Positions 16,661 through 23,975 of a DNA stretch of 32,000 nt are shown one piece after another. This DNA comes from Candidatus Saccharimonadota bacterium (lineage in GTDB: Archaea > Micrarchaeota > Micrarchaeia > Micrarchaeales > Micrarchaeaceae): contig OY970071.1 of NCBI GenBank assembly GCA_963705375.1, forward strand, positions 540,001 through 572,000, read 5' to 3'. Position numbers and translations under genes: made by a program. Numbering within the stretch: position 1 is the first letter of the stretch; every line of letters begins with the position of its first letter. The notes under the pieces were generated by a model. It was not told where the DNA came from and made no database searches. It saw only the letters and a program-made list of their open reading frames with translations.

Positions 16661-17605
16661 CTAGTGAATGTGCCCCTGAGCATCAAAAATGTCATTTCTT
16701 ATAAATGTTTTTCCATTGAAAGTAATCGGAATACTTTCTCCTTGCACGTTGTTTGCCTGAATGTGCAGATGTGGTCCAGTCGTTCTTCCCGAGTTGCCTA
16801 CTTTTCCCAGAGGCTGTCCAGTTATAACCGATTCCCCTTCAGAAACAAGTATACTGCCTTTTTTAAAATGAAGCATGCTGACTCGCGCCCCCGAACACTC
16901 CAAAATAACATAATTCCCATGAGATTCGTTTTCATCTCTTTGCATAATGGGCATATCCTCTGAAGAATCATTTGCCTTAAAAACAGTCCCACTGCACGGC
17001 GCATAAACTGTTTCATTGAAAATATAATAATCAGACAAATTGCTTGAAAAAAATCCCCGTCCACTAAATCCAAGAGAATCTATTTTAATTATGTCATACG
17101 CATATTTCTGTGCTACGACTTCATTATGACTATTTAATGCGGCATTACTCCCTCCTTCCGCAAAAAAATATTGCCCATTCTTCAAAGGAAACTCGAGTTG
17201 TACTGCATTCACAGGGTAGAACGGTGCCATAAAGCAAGTAATAACGGTAAGCAGGAACAAAACTGACATTATTAGTAAACAAGTATAATAAAAATAATCT
17301 TTGATTTCAAGTTTCTTAAATAAAGGAAGTTTTTTCTTTAATTGGATCATCCATACTTTTTGAAAAGAATAAATACTAGCAATCAGAAACATTATCGGAA
17401 AAATATATCTTAGATAATAATTGATTCCAGCCCAAGAAATTAAAAAATAAATCCAGATAATGAATGATGCACTAAAAATAAAACGTGAAATCCAATCAAA
17501 TTTTGATTTATTTTTGCCGACAATTTGCCACAAAATAATCAAAAGTGGAAAAACCAGCGAAAACAAATAAAATGGAACTAGCTCAACTATTGCCGATGGA
17601 TCCAT
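16661..17605 (-). CDS. Membrane-anchored M23 (LytM/lysostaphin-type) metallopeptidase
   Basis: The N-terminal region has several TM helices. The C-terminal domain carries GNSGRTTGPHLHIQ (the HxH zinc motif), preceded by HGNYVILE and an SH...YAYD region. The coding sequence is strongly AT-rich. Confidence 0.75.
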   Translation of the reverse strand: MDPSAIVELVPFYLFSLVFPLLIILWQIVGKNKSKFDWISRFIFSASFIIWIYFLISWAGINYYLRYIFPIMFLIASIYSFQKVWMIQLKKKLPLFKKLEIKDYFYYTCLLIMSVLFLLTVITCFMAPFYPVNAVQLEFPLKNGQYFFAEGGSNAALNSHNEVVAQKYAYDIIKIDSLGFSGRGFFSSNLSDYYIFNETVYAPCSGTVFKANDSSEDMPIMQRDENESHGNYVILECSGARVSMLHFKKGSILVSEGESVITGQPLGKVGNSGRTTGPHLHIQANNVQGESIPITFNGKTFIRNDIFDAQGHIH

Positions 17606-17738
17606 ATTGACTAATAACGCTAAAAAACATAAAAGAGTATGTCTTGGGTGAGCTTGCCGAAATCAATGGATTGGACTTACGCAATCATCTGATTGCAAAA
17701 ATGGAAGAGATATAAAGTAGTATCAATAAGATTACTGT

Positions 17739-18167
17739 ATGATTAAGAAGAAGAGTGCCCCAACTAGCTTGTTGAAACTTGCTGCGCTAGTCGCATTCCT
17801 TTATCTTATCGAGATCGGGCTTATTCTGTTGGGCATTATTCCCCCATTTCTCACATATTCCCCTGGCAACCTCCTCTTTTCTTTAGCCACGATTGCAATC
17901 GTGATTTATGCAGGCACCAAATCCTCGAAGTTGGGATTGAATAGGGCGGCATTTAGCGGAGCGATCCTCTCGTTTATAGGGGCTTTTCTTATCTCCGTGG
18001 CTTCAGTAATCAACGTACTCTATATACGCGTAGCCCTACTGGGAGTATCAGTCGAGAATGACGCCCAGCTTCTTGTGTTTCTTTTCTCTCTGGTTTTTCT
18101 GTATACACTGACCGGTGTCATCATCGCCGTACTTGCCGCAGTTATCAAAGACAAGATTAGTCGGTAG
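17739..18167 (+). CDS. Small polytopic membrane protein (about 4 TM helices), unknown function
   Basis: 142-aa hydrophobic ORF inside the repeat-bracketed cassette. Confidence 0.5.
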   Translation: MIKKKSAPTSLLKLAALVAFLYLIEIGLILLGIIPPFLTYSPGNLLFSLATIAIVIYAGTKSSKLGLNRAAFSGAILSFIGAFLISVASVINVLYIRVALLGVSVENDAQLLVFLFSLVFLYTLTGVIIAVLAAVIKDKISR

Positions 18168-18250
18168 TTTGCCCCCATAGCTTCTGCTTTCCTTCCAAGT
18201 CCACAAATCTCCCCCTTCTTCCATACATCGTTACTTTAGGGGCAGAAGAA

Positions 18251-18328
18251 CTGAAGAGGCTGCATCTGCTCGCAGGCATACTGCTAATCATTGTAGGCAT
18301 AGTCATACTGCTGCAAGTGATCAAGTAG
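18251..18328 (+). repeat. Direct repeat copy B, an orphan fragment of a CcdA-like gene 3' end
   Basis: It encodes LKRLHLLAGILLIIVGIVILLQVIK plus a stop in the same register as copy A. No similarity to the Trx-CcdA gene is seen upstream of 18251. Confidence 0.85.
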
Positions 18329-18374
18329 AAGCTGACCTACTTGGTAAGTGTTAGAAAATTGATTTGTGCTGGCT

Positions 18375-19517
18375 TTATTTAGAATATTCGACAGTTTCAG
18401 AGGCATACTGCGACGCTATCAGCACTTTGCCTGTGCCGGCTTTCACCTGTCCTATTATGTCTGCAGCAAAATAGTTCCTTAGCGTTTCTAGCGCTTCTGG
18501 TGCGAAAGATTCTTCTACTGCAATGACGTAGCCTACGCCGTTGTTGAATTTCACATACATTTGGTCTGAGGGCATGCCCAATTCGTCATGTGCGTACTGG
18601 AAGATCTCTTGCGGTCTCAGATCGTGGTCGTTTCTTACATCTATGTCAAGATCTTTTTTCTCCGGTATTAATTCTTTGAGTTTCGACATACCTCCGCCCG
18701 TTATGTGCACCATACCGTGGATGAGTTCGCCTGCGATGGCTTCGCCCTGCTCTGCAGACTCTATTAATGCCTTTACAGCTGGCAGATAGACATACGTTGG
18801 TCTTGTCAGCTCTTCGCCGATTGCCACGCCCCAAGGAAGATTCGTTTCCATCAACAGATGTCGCCTGTCGAACAGCTCCTGCCGATAGAAGCTCAAACCA
18901 TTGGAGTGTATGCCGTTGCTTCCCAAGCCGATTATCAAATCGCCGTCTTTTATATTGGCATGTATTTCGTGACCCTTCCTGACATAACCTGTTGCGGTCA
19001 TGCTTATGTTGAAGCCTCGTAGAGTATTGATGATTGCAGTCTCTCCGCCACTGATTATTATAGGATAAGAACTGCCGTCTGCTTTCCAGCTGTTCTCGAT
19101 CGCAAGTTTGGTGAATTCGCTGACGATGTTGAATATCATATCTTGGCGCTCTTCCTGCATCTCTATCTCGTCCTGGAACACTACAGGAACAAAGCCACCT
19201 TCGATCAGGTCATCAACGACCATCGCGAAAACATCATGAACGCCGTATGCTTCTGAGCCCATTGACCAGTGCAGCAGACCCTTGGTTCCTATGCTGTCAG
19301 TGCAATTCATTTCGTAAAAATTATTCCAATACGCATAGTTCCTCTCTATCATGAAGCGCTTGCCATAAGGCACAGTAATCATTGGCCCTTCTTCGGGATG
19401 TGCTGATCTTATGAGCTCGCGTATCTGATCGTTGAAAGGCTTCGTAGGATCGTAAATCTCTTTGCCTTCACGCAACGCAATATCTGTCGGCTTTTCCGTT
19501 GTTTTAGTTTTATCCAC
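18375..19517 (-). CDS. purM: PurM-like protein (AIR synthase family)
   Basis: TDSIGTKGLL, ISGGETA, GSNGIHSNGLSF, TRPTYVY and HGMVHITGGG match the PurM signature blocks. The GTG start follows GGTGG with a 4-nt spacer. Confidence 0.7.
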   Translation of the reverse strand: MDKTKTTEKPTDIALREGKEIYDPTKPFNDQIRELIRSAHPEEGPMITVPYGKRFMIERNYAYWNNFYEMNCTDSIGTKGLLHWSMGSEAYGVHDVFAMVVDDLIEGGFVPVVFQDEIEMQEERQDMIFNIVSEFTKLAIENSWKADGSSYPIIISGGETAIINTLRGFNISMTATGYVRKGHEIHANIKDGDLIIGLGSNGIHSNGLSFYRQELFDRRHLLMETNLPWGVAIGEELTRPTYVYLPAVKALIESAEQGEAIAGELIHGMVHITGGGMSKLKELIPEKKDLDIDVRNDHDLRPQEIFQYAHDELGMPSDQMYVKFNNGVGYVIAVEESFAPEALETLRNYFAADIIGQVKAGTGKVLIASQYASETVEYSK

Positions 19518-19532
19518 CTGGCCACCAGTATA

Positions 19533-19739
19533 CTAAATACTGAAGAATAGATCGAGTAGCAGGTCACTGTCGCGAGTGCGCACTATGGATTCTTTATCTT
19601 CTGGTTTTTCGTCCTTGCGCAGTTCTATTCCTGTCGGAGTTTGCTGCTTGTCGATATCGAGTTCATAAAGGCCGTCATGGAGACGTATCAATTCGCCCTC
19701 TTCTTGTTTTCCTTTTGATTTTTCCATAGCCTCATCCAC
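19533..19739 (-). CDS. Small acidic hypothetical protein (68 aa)
   Basis: The ORF lies between S11 and the PurM-like gene on the same strand. Its stop is 15 nt upstream of the PurM-like start. The C-terminus is DSDLLLDLFFSI. No recognised family. Confidence 0.35.
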   Translation of the reverse strand: MDEAMEKSKGKQEEGELIRLHDGLYELDIDKQQTPTGIELRKDEKPEDKESIVRTRDSDLLLDLFFSI

Positions 19740-19794
19740 TTTAGAAACATTTGTTTTACGGTTGACGCTGCAGGTAGAGAGTGTGCTGTGCGCG

Positions 19795-20307
19795 CTATAC
19801 TCTTCTTCCCCTTCTGCCTCCAGGTCTTCTTGTTGTATCTGTAGGCATCGGAGTGATATCCTCTATCCTGTTCACACGTAGGCCGCTTCTTGCAAGAACT
19901 CGAACAACTGCTTGAGCACCCAGTCCAGGAGTCTTTGAACCATGGCCGCCAGGAGCCCTTATCTCTATGTTTATGTTGGTGACCCCCTTCTCCTTTGCAG
20001 TAGCTGCAACCTTGTACGCTGCTTGCATTGCAGCATAGGGCATGCCTTCTTGAGAGTCGACATCGACCATCATGCCGCCGCTTCCGACAGCGATGGTCTC
20101 TGCACCGCTAAGGTCTGTAAGCGTTATTATAGTATCGTTCTTCGAGGAATAAACGTGAGCGACAGCAAGCCTTTCGGCTTTAGGCTTTATTGCAGAAATC
20201 TCCAACGCCTTCGCTTCATAATTTACTGTGTTCTTGACCACTTTCTGCTGGGTCTTCGCAGTCTCCTCTTTTTCTTTTTTTGACGCAATCTTCTTCTTTC
20301 CTGGCAT
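19795..20307 (-). CDS. rps11: 30S ribosomal protein S11 (uS11) with a Lys-rich N-terminal extension
   Basis: [26 protein letters not shown] and the C-terminal [12 protein letters not shown] are present. GAGGAG lies 7 nt upstream of the ATG. Confidence 0.93.
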   Translation of the reverse strand: MPGKKKIASKKEKEETAKTQQKVVKNTVNYEAKALEISAIKPKAERLAVAHVYSSKNDTIITLTDLSGAETIAVGSGGMMVDVDSQEGMPYAAMQAAYKVAATAKEKGVTNINIEIRAPGGHGSKTPGLGAQAVVRVLARSGLRVNRIEDITPMPTDTTRRPGGRRGRRV

Positions 20308-20335
20308 GCAATTACTCCTCGTTTTATATTTCAGT

Positions 20336-20905
20336 TCATTCAGCCTTTACATCCTTGGATTCCGTAGCTGCTTTCTCTGCAGACTTCTCTTCGGCCGGCG
20401 CAGCTGGCTTTTCTTTCTTTGCTATGTCTATCGGTTTGTAATAACCGATGCTGCCCTCTTCCGAAGATTCAACAATATAACTCGGCTTCGTGGTCCTCTT
20501 GCCTTCTATAGATATAAAGCCGTGCGTGATCAGCTGTCTTGCCTGCTTGATCGTAGTGGCCAGACCCCTCTTGAACACCAGAGTCTGAAGCCTCCTTTCA
20601 AGCAGCACTTTAGGATTGAGGTCAAGTAAAGAATCGAGAGTTGCATCCCTGTTTGCCACTATGCCAATCTTGGATAGCCTTTCTGTCATGAGCTTGCGCG
20701 TTTCCTCAAGGTGTGACGAAGACCCTGAAAGCAATATCCTTGCGTTTCTCCTCACCTTGCCTATCTCAGACGAAGCTTTCCAGAGTTCCTTCAGATTCTT
20801 GAGCCCGTACTCGGTCATCAATGCCCGATCGTTGCTTATTCTCTCGACGTTCCAAAGCTCTTTCGGCCTTTCGTACTTTCGCCTGTTTTTGTTTGGTGCT
20901 CCGAT
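20336..20905 (-). CDS. rps4: 30S ribosomal protein S4 (uS4). The start is extended beyond the first canonical start codon.
   Basis: The track ORF (20336-20821) begins at [14 protein letters not shown]. The same frame upstream encodes [29 protein letters not shown], which matches the conserved archaeal S4 N-terminus (GDPRK.RKKYETP.HPW). There is no ATG/GTG/TTG in that stretch, so the candidate start is ATC at 20903-20905. Confidence 0.85.
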   Translation of the reverse strand: MGAPNKNRRKYERPKELWNVERISNDRALMTEYGLKNLKELWKASSEIGKVRRNARILLSGSSSHLEETRKLMTERLSKIGIVANRDATLDSLLDLNPKVLLERRLQTLVFKRGLATTIKQARQLITHGFISIEGKRTTKPSYIVESSEEGSIGYYKPIDIAKKEKPAAPAEEKSAEKAATESKDVKAE

Positions 20906-20909
20906 AAAC

Positions 20910-21530
20910 TCACTTCTTTGCTGTTGGTGCAGCGCCCTTGCCCTTCGCCGCTCCGGCTGCCGGCGCCGCTCCGCCCTTCGCGTTGTCTTTCTGCAATGCC
21001 GCAGCCTGGGCTTCCTTCACTGCCTTCTTTGTCACGCCGACAGTCACGCCAGTCCTACCCGTTGAACGGGTGTGCTGGCCCCTGACGCGTTGGCCATACT
21101 GGTGCCTGAATCCGCGCCATGTCCTTGCATTGACGTCTCGGTTTACGTCCTGCCTTATTGCAAATATAAGATCGTTGCCTGAAAGATACAGACCCTTGCC
21201 AGAATCCATGTCCTTGTTCCTATTCAGCATATAGCTAGGGATCCCTGTACTCGAAGGATCTTTTACTATGCGCTCTATGCTCTGTATCTGTTCCTCACTA
21301 AGCGAACCTATAGAAGTTTTCCTGATTATTCCGAGTTTTGCTTCTACCTCGTATGAAAGAGCATGTGCCATGCTAGAGCCTATGCCTTTTACTTGGTCTA
21401 GAGCACGTTCTATGTTAAGTGCACCGTTGACATCCTTGCCGACTATGCGCACTATCGAGAGAGCGCTGCCCGCGACCTCGTTCCTCGACTTGGATTGCCT
21501 TTCCTCTTTTTTCTGTTTTTCGTCTGCCAT
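20910..21530 (-). CDS. rps13: 30S ribosomal protein S13 (uS13) with an Ala/Gly/Lys-rich C-terminal extension
   Basis: VRIVGKDVNG, KGIG, WRGFRHQYGQRVRGQHTRSTGR are present, followed by a low-complexity tail of about 40 aa. Confidence 0.93.
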   Translation of the reverse strand: MADEKQKKEERQSKSRNEVAGSALSIVRIVGKDVNGALNIERALDQVKGIGSSMAHALSYEVEAKLGIIRKTSIGSLSEEQIQSIERIVKDPSSTGIPSYMLNRNKDMDSGKGLYLSGNDLIFAIRQDVNRDVNARTWRGFRHQYGQRVRGQHTRSTGRTGVTVGVTKKAVKEAQAAALQKDNAKGGAAPAAGAAKGKGAAPTAKK

Positions 21531-21540
21531 TCAAACACTA

Positions 21541-21653
21541 CGCCAGGGCTGGGATATTCAGGTTTATCTTTTGAACCCAGAAGGCCCCGAAGAGCCATAC
21601 GCTGGCTAGAATCTTTTCCAGGCGTACGCGTTGCCGGATTCTGCCACCCTGGC
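21541..21653 (-). tRNA. tRNA-Ser(GGA), class II, with two introns (12 nt at 37/38 and 15 nt in the T-loop at 59/60)
   Basis: - Acceptor stem: GCCAGGG/CCCTGGC, discriminator G.
- Anticodon arm: stem TACGC/GCGTA; the spliced loop is CTGGAAA.
- Variable arm: long arm GGCTC-TTCG-GGGCC.
- T arm: stem CTGGG/CCCAG; the spliced loop is the canonical TTCAAAT.
- Each intron sits in a 4-bp helix flanked by two 3-nt bulges (details in findings).
- The D stem is weak (2 bp plus an A-C pair). Confidence 0.8.
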
Positions 21654-21678
21654 AGCGTAAATGTTATACTGCTAGGTG

Positions 21679-21685
21679 TATTTAG
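21679..21685 (-). promoter_or_regulatory. Candidate TATA box for tRNA-Ser and the S13 operon
   Basis: The minus strand reads AAAGTGCTAAATAC, and the CTAAATA element ends 25 nt upstream of tRNA position 1. Confidence 0.35.
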
Positions 21686-21743
21686 CACTTTCTTAAGAGC
21701 CAATAACTATTGTTATTGTGGATTTTTAACTATATATGGTGGG

Positions 21744-22136
21744 TCACTTAGAGGGATTGATGATGGTGCAGTTGACCGCAAACACGCATTTGCACTTTTT
21801 AAGGGCGTTGAAGAGCCTTCTTGTGCCTTCAGCGCTCGTATTTACGTCGAGAACGTCTATGCATGTGCCGGCGCTGTGGCGGTGCAGTTCCGCCTGTATC
21901 GAATCCTCAAAGCTGTGCAGCAAATCAAACACACGAGCCTTCTCGTGCTTCTTGTAAGTGAGCACGAACACGCTCTGAACATTCCCGGTCAGAGATTCCA
22001 GAGTCTCATATTCCTTCAATGCGCCCAGTACTGCGTTCCTGAGCAGTTTCGACCTGCTCTTGAATCCGAGAGTGCGCTGTATCGTGTTCAGCCGTTTGAG
22101 AGTTGCGTCGTCTATGGATATGCTAAGTATCGTCAT
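21744..22136 (-). CDS. nikR: NikR-like metal-responsive regulator (ribbon-helix-helix plus a C-terminal metal-binding domain)
   Basis: The N-terminus LSISIDDATLKRLNTIQRTLGFKSRSKLLRNAV has the RHH pattern. The C-terminal HRHSAGTC resembles the NikR HxH...C high-affinity site. It is divergent from the metal ABC importer. Confidence 0.7.
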   Translation of the reverse strand: MTILSISIDDATLKRLNTIQRTLGFKSRSKLLRNAVLGALKEYETLESLTGNVQSVFVLTYKKHEKARVFDLLHSFEDSIQAELHRHSAGTCIDVLDVNTSAEGTRRLFNALKKCKCVFAVNCTIINPSK

Positions 22137-22166
22137 TTAATCAACAATATGCTTTTATCGGAAAGA

Positions 22167-22195
22167 TTAATAAGTTTTCATGATTTAGTTATTAA
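22167..22195. promoter_or_regulatory. Candidate operator: inverted repeat TTAATAA-N15-TTATTAA
   Basis: This is a perfect 7-bp inverted repeat with 15-nt spacing in the nikR-like/importer intergenic region, 8 nt upstream of the importer ATG. It is AT-only, so chance occurrence is possible. Confidence 0.3.
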
Positions 22196-22202
22196 CGATT
22201 TA

Positions 22203-23147
22203 ATGGTTGCAGCAGACAGATATGCGGCGATAGGGATCGTGGCCGTCGTGGTTGCAATTGTGGCAATCGCAGGCCTTGCTGTGCAAGGCACGCATGCAAG
22301 CAGACCAATTTCAAACCAGAGCGCAGGCAGAGCAGTACAAATCGTCGCGGCAGAGAATTTCTGGGGAAGCCTTATGCAGCAGATCGGAGGAAGCCACGTC
22401 AATGTGACGAGCATCGTTACTGATCCGAATGCTGATCCACACGAATACCAGAGCAGCATCGCCAATGCAAGAGAGATAGCAAAGGCCCAGATCATCGTAG
22501 TCAACGGAGCAGGATATGACGACTGGGCACTCAAGCTCGTATCAGCAGAAAACAGCACAAGCCAAACTGTACTGGATGTCGCCAGCCTGCTGGGAATGGC
22601 CAACGGCACCAATCCTCATTTCTGGTACAACCCGTCTTACGTGAATGCGACAGTTAAGCAGATGTACACAGACCTAGTCAAAACAGACCCGGCAGACGCT
22701 AGCTATTATCTGCAGAGATATGAAGCGCTTAATGCATCGCTTGCGCAGGTAGACAGCAGGATCTCAGATATCAGGCGGCAGTTCGCAGGCACCAGGGTGG
22801 CAGCAACTGAGAGCATCTTTGTATATCTGGCGAACGCTACAGGCCTTGATCTGGTGTCACCCCCGGAATTCATGAACGCAGTATCAGAAGGCGTAGACCC
22901 GCCGGCGCAGAGCGTTGTGCAATTTGAGAACCAGATTGAGAGTGGAAACGTTAGCGTACTTGTATACAATGAACAAACAGTAAATCCGCTCACGCAGCAG
23001 ATGAAACAAATAGCTTCGCTGCATAACGTCACTGTAGTCGGCGTGACCGAAAACATCCAGCCTCCGGACAGCACATTCCAAGCCTGGATGACTGCTGAAC
23101 TGCTAAACCTGCAGAGCGGCCTCAGCGCAAATGTGCTTGAGAGGTGA
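22203..23147 (+). CDS. Metal ABC transporter substrate-binding protein (ZnuA/TroA-like)
   Basis: It has a signal anchor (MVAADRYAAIGIVAVVVAIVAIAGLAV), followed by VAAENFWGSL, TDPNADPHEYQ and VVNGAGYDDW. The track ORF 21495-23147 is an artefactual upstream extension. Confidence 0.8.
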   Translation: MVAADRYAAIGIVAVVVAIVAIAGLAVQGTHASRPISNQSAGRAVQIVAAENFWGSLMQQIGGSHVNVTSIVTDPNADPHEYQSSIANAREIAKAQIIVVNGAGYDDWALKLVSAENSTSQTVLDVASLLGMANGTNPHFWYNPSYVNATVKQMYTDLVKTDPADASYYLQRYEALNASLAQVDSRISDIRRQFAGTRVAATESIFVYLANATGLDLVSPPEFMNAVSEGVDPPAQSVVQFENQIESGNVSVLVYNEQTVNPLTQQMKQIASLHNVTVVGVTENIQPPDSTFQAWMTAELLNLQSGLSANVLER

Positions 23148-23153
23148 GTAAGG

Positions 23154-23975
23154 ATGAAAACCCCGAACACCAAAAGAATGCAACCATCGATGCCAAAAAT
23201 GGTGGTCGAGGCCAAGAACCTTGCAGCAGGCTATAGGGGAAGACCTGTCTGGCGCGATGCTAGCTTCAGAGTTAATCGAGGGGAATTTGTTGCAGTCATA
23301 GGCCCAAACGGAGCAGGCAAGACAACACTGTTCCGCCTACTTCTTGGCCTGCAACAGCCAGTAAGTGGAACGATAAAAGTGTTAGATACACCACCCAGGC
23401 GAGGCAATCCTAAAATAGGGTATGTGCCCCAGCGACACACCATAGATAACGAGAACAACATCGAATGCCTTGAACTGCTCCGCCTTGCATTCTCTGGAAA
23501 TAGGTTGGGGTTTAGTTTATCGTATGGAGAGGAGAAGAAAGCTGCAAATGATGCATTGGACAGAGTCGGAGCTACAGAGCTCGGAAACAAACCTCTTGGT
23601 TCGATGTCAGGAGGAGAATTGCAGAGAGTCTTTCTTGCAGAGGCACTGGTCAGCAACCCAGAGATGCTGCTTCTTGATGAGCCTTTGGCTAGCCTAGACA
23701 TAAGGAGAACCAAGGAATTGGTGGGTGTGATAAATAGAGTTGTCAAATCGCAGAATGTTACCGCATTCCTTGTGGCACACGATATCAACCCATTAATACA
23801 GTTTCTTGACAAGGTTATTTACATAGCGAACGGCAAGGTGGCGGCAGGAACACCCAAAGATATATTGACTTCCAAGAGTCTGACAGCATTGTATGAAACG
23901 CAGGTCGAGGTCCTGAAGGATTCTAGAGGAAACATTGTGGTTTTAGGCGGCGGAGACCATCATGGGGATGAATGA
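23154..23975 (+). CDS. Metal ABC transporter ATP-binding protein (ZnuC-like)
   Basis: Walker A GPNGAGKTT, signature MSGGELQRV, Walker B LLLDEP. Confidence 0.9.
   Translation: MKTPNTKRMQPSMPKMVVEAKNLAAGYRGRPVWRDASFRVNRGEFVAVIGPNGAGKTTLFRLLLGLQQPVSGTIKVLDTPPRRGNPKIGYVPQRHTIDNENNIECLELLRLAFSGNRLGFSLSYGEEKKAANDALDRVGATELGNKPLGSMSGGELQRVFLAEALVSNPEMLLLDEPLASLDIRRTKELVGVINRVVKSQNVTAFLVAHDINPLIQFLDKVIYIANGKVAAGTPKDILTSKSLTALYETQVEVLKDSRGNIVVLGGGDHHGDE

Noticed and set aside
15332-16700. An expected ITS, tRNA-Ala and 23S rRNA downstream of the 16S gene
   Set aside because: No rRNA-like or tRNA-like sequence follows. A processing stem, a T-tract and a protein gene follow instead, so the 16S gene was treated as unlinked.
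21495-22202. The 5' two-fifths of the 550-aa track ORF 21495-23147 on the plus strand
   Set aside because: This part runs antisense through the tRNA-Ser gene and the NikR-like gene and has no recognisable protein features. The homologous SBP sequence, with a signal anchor, begins at the ATG at 22203.
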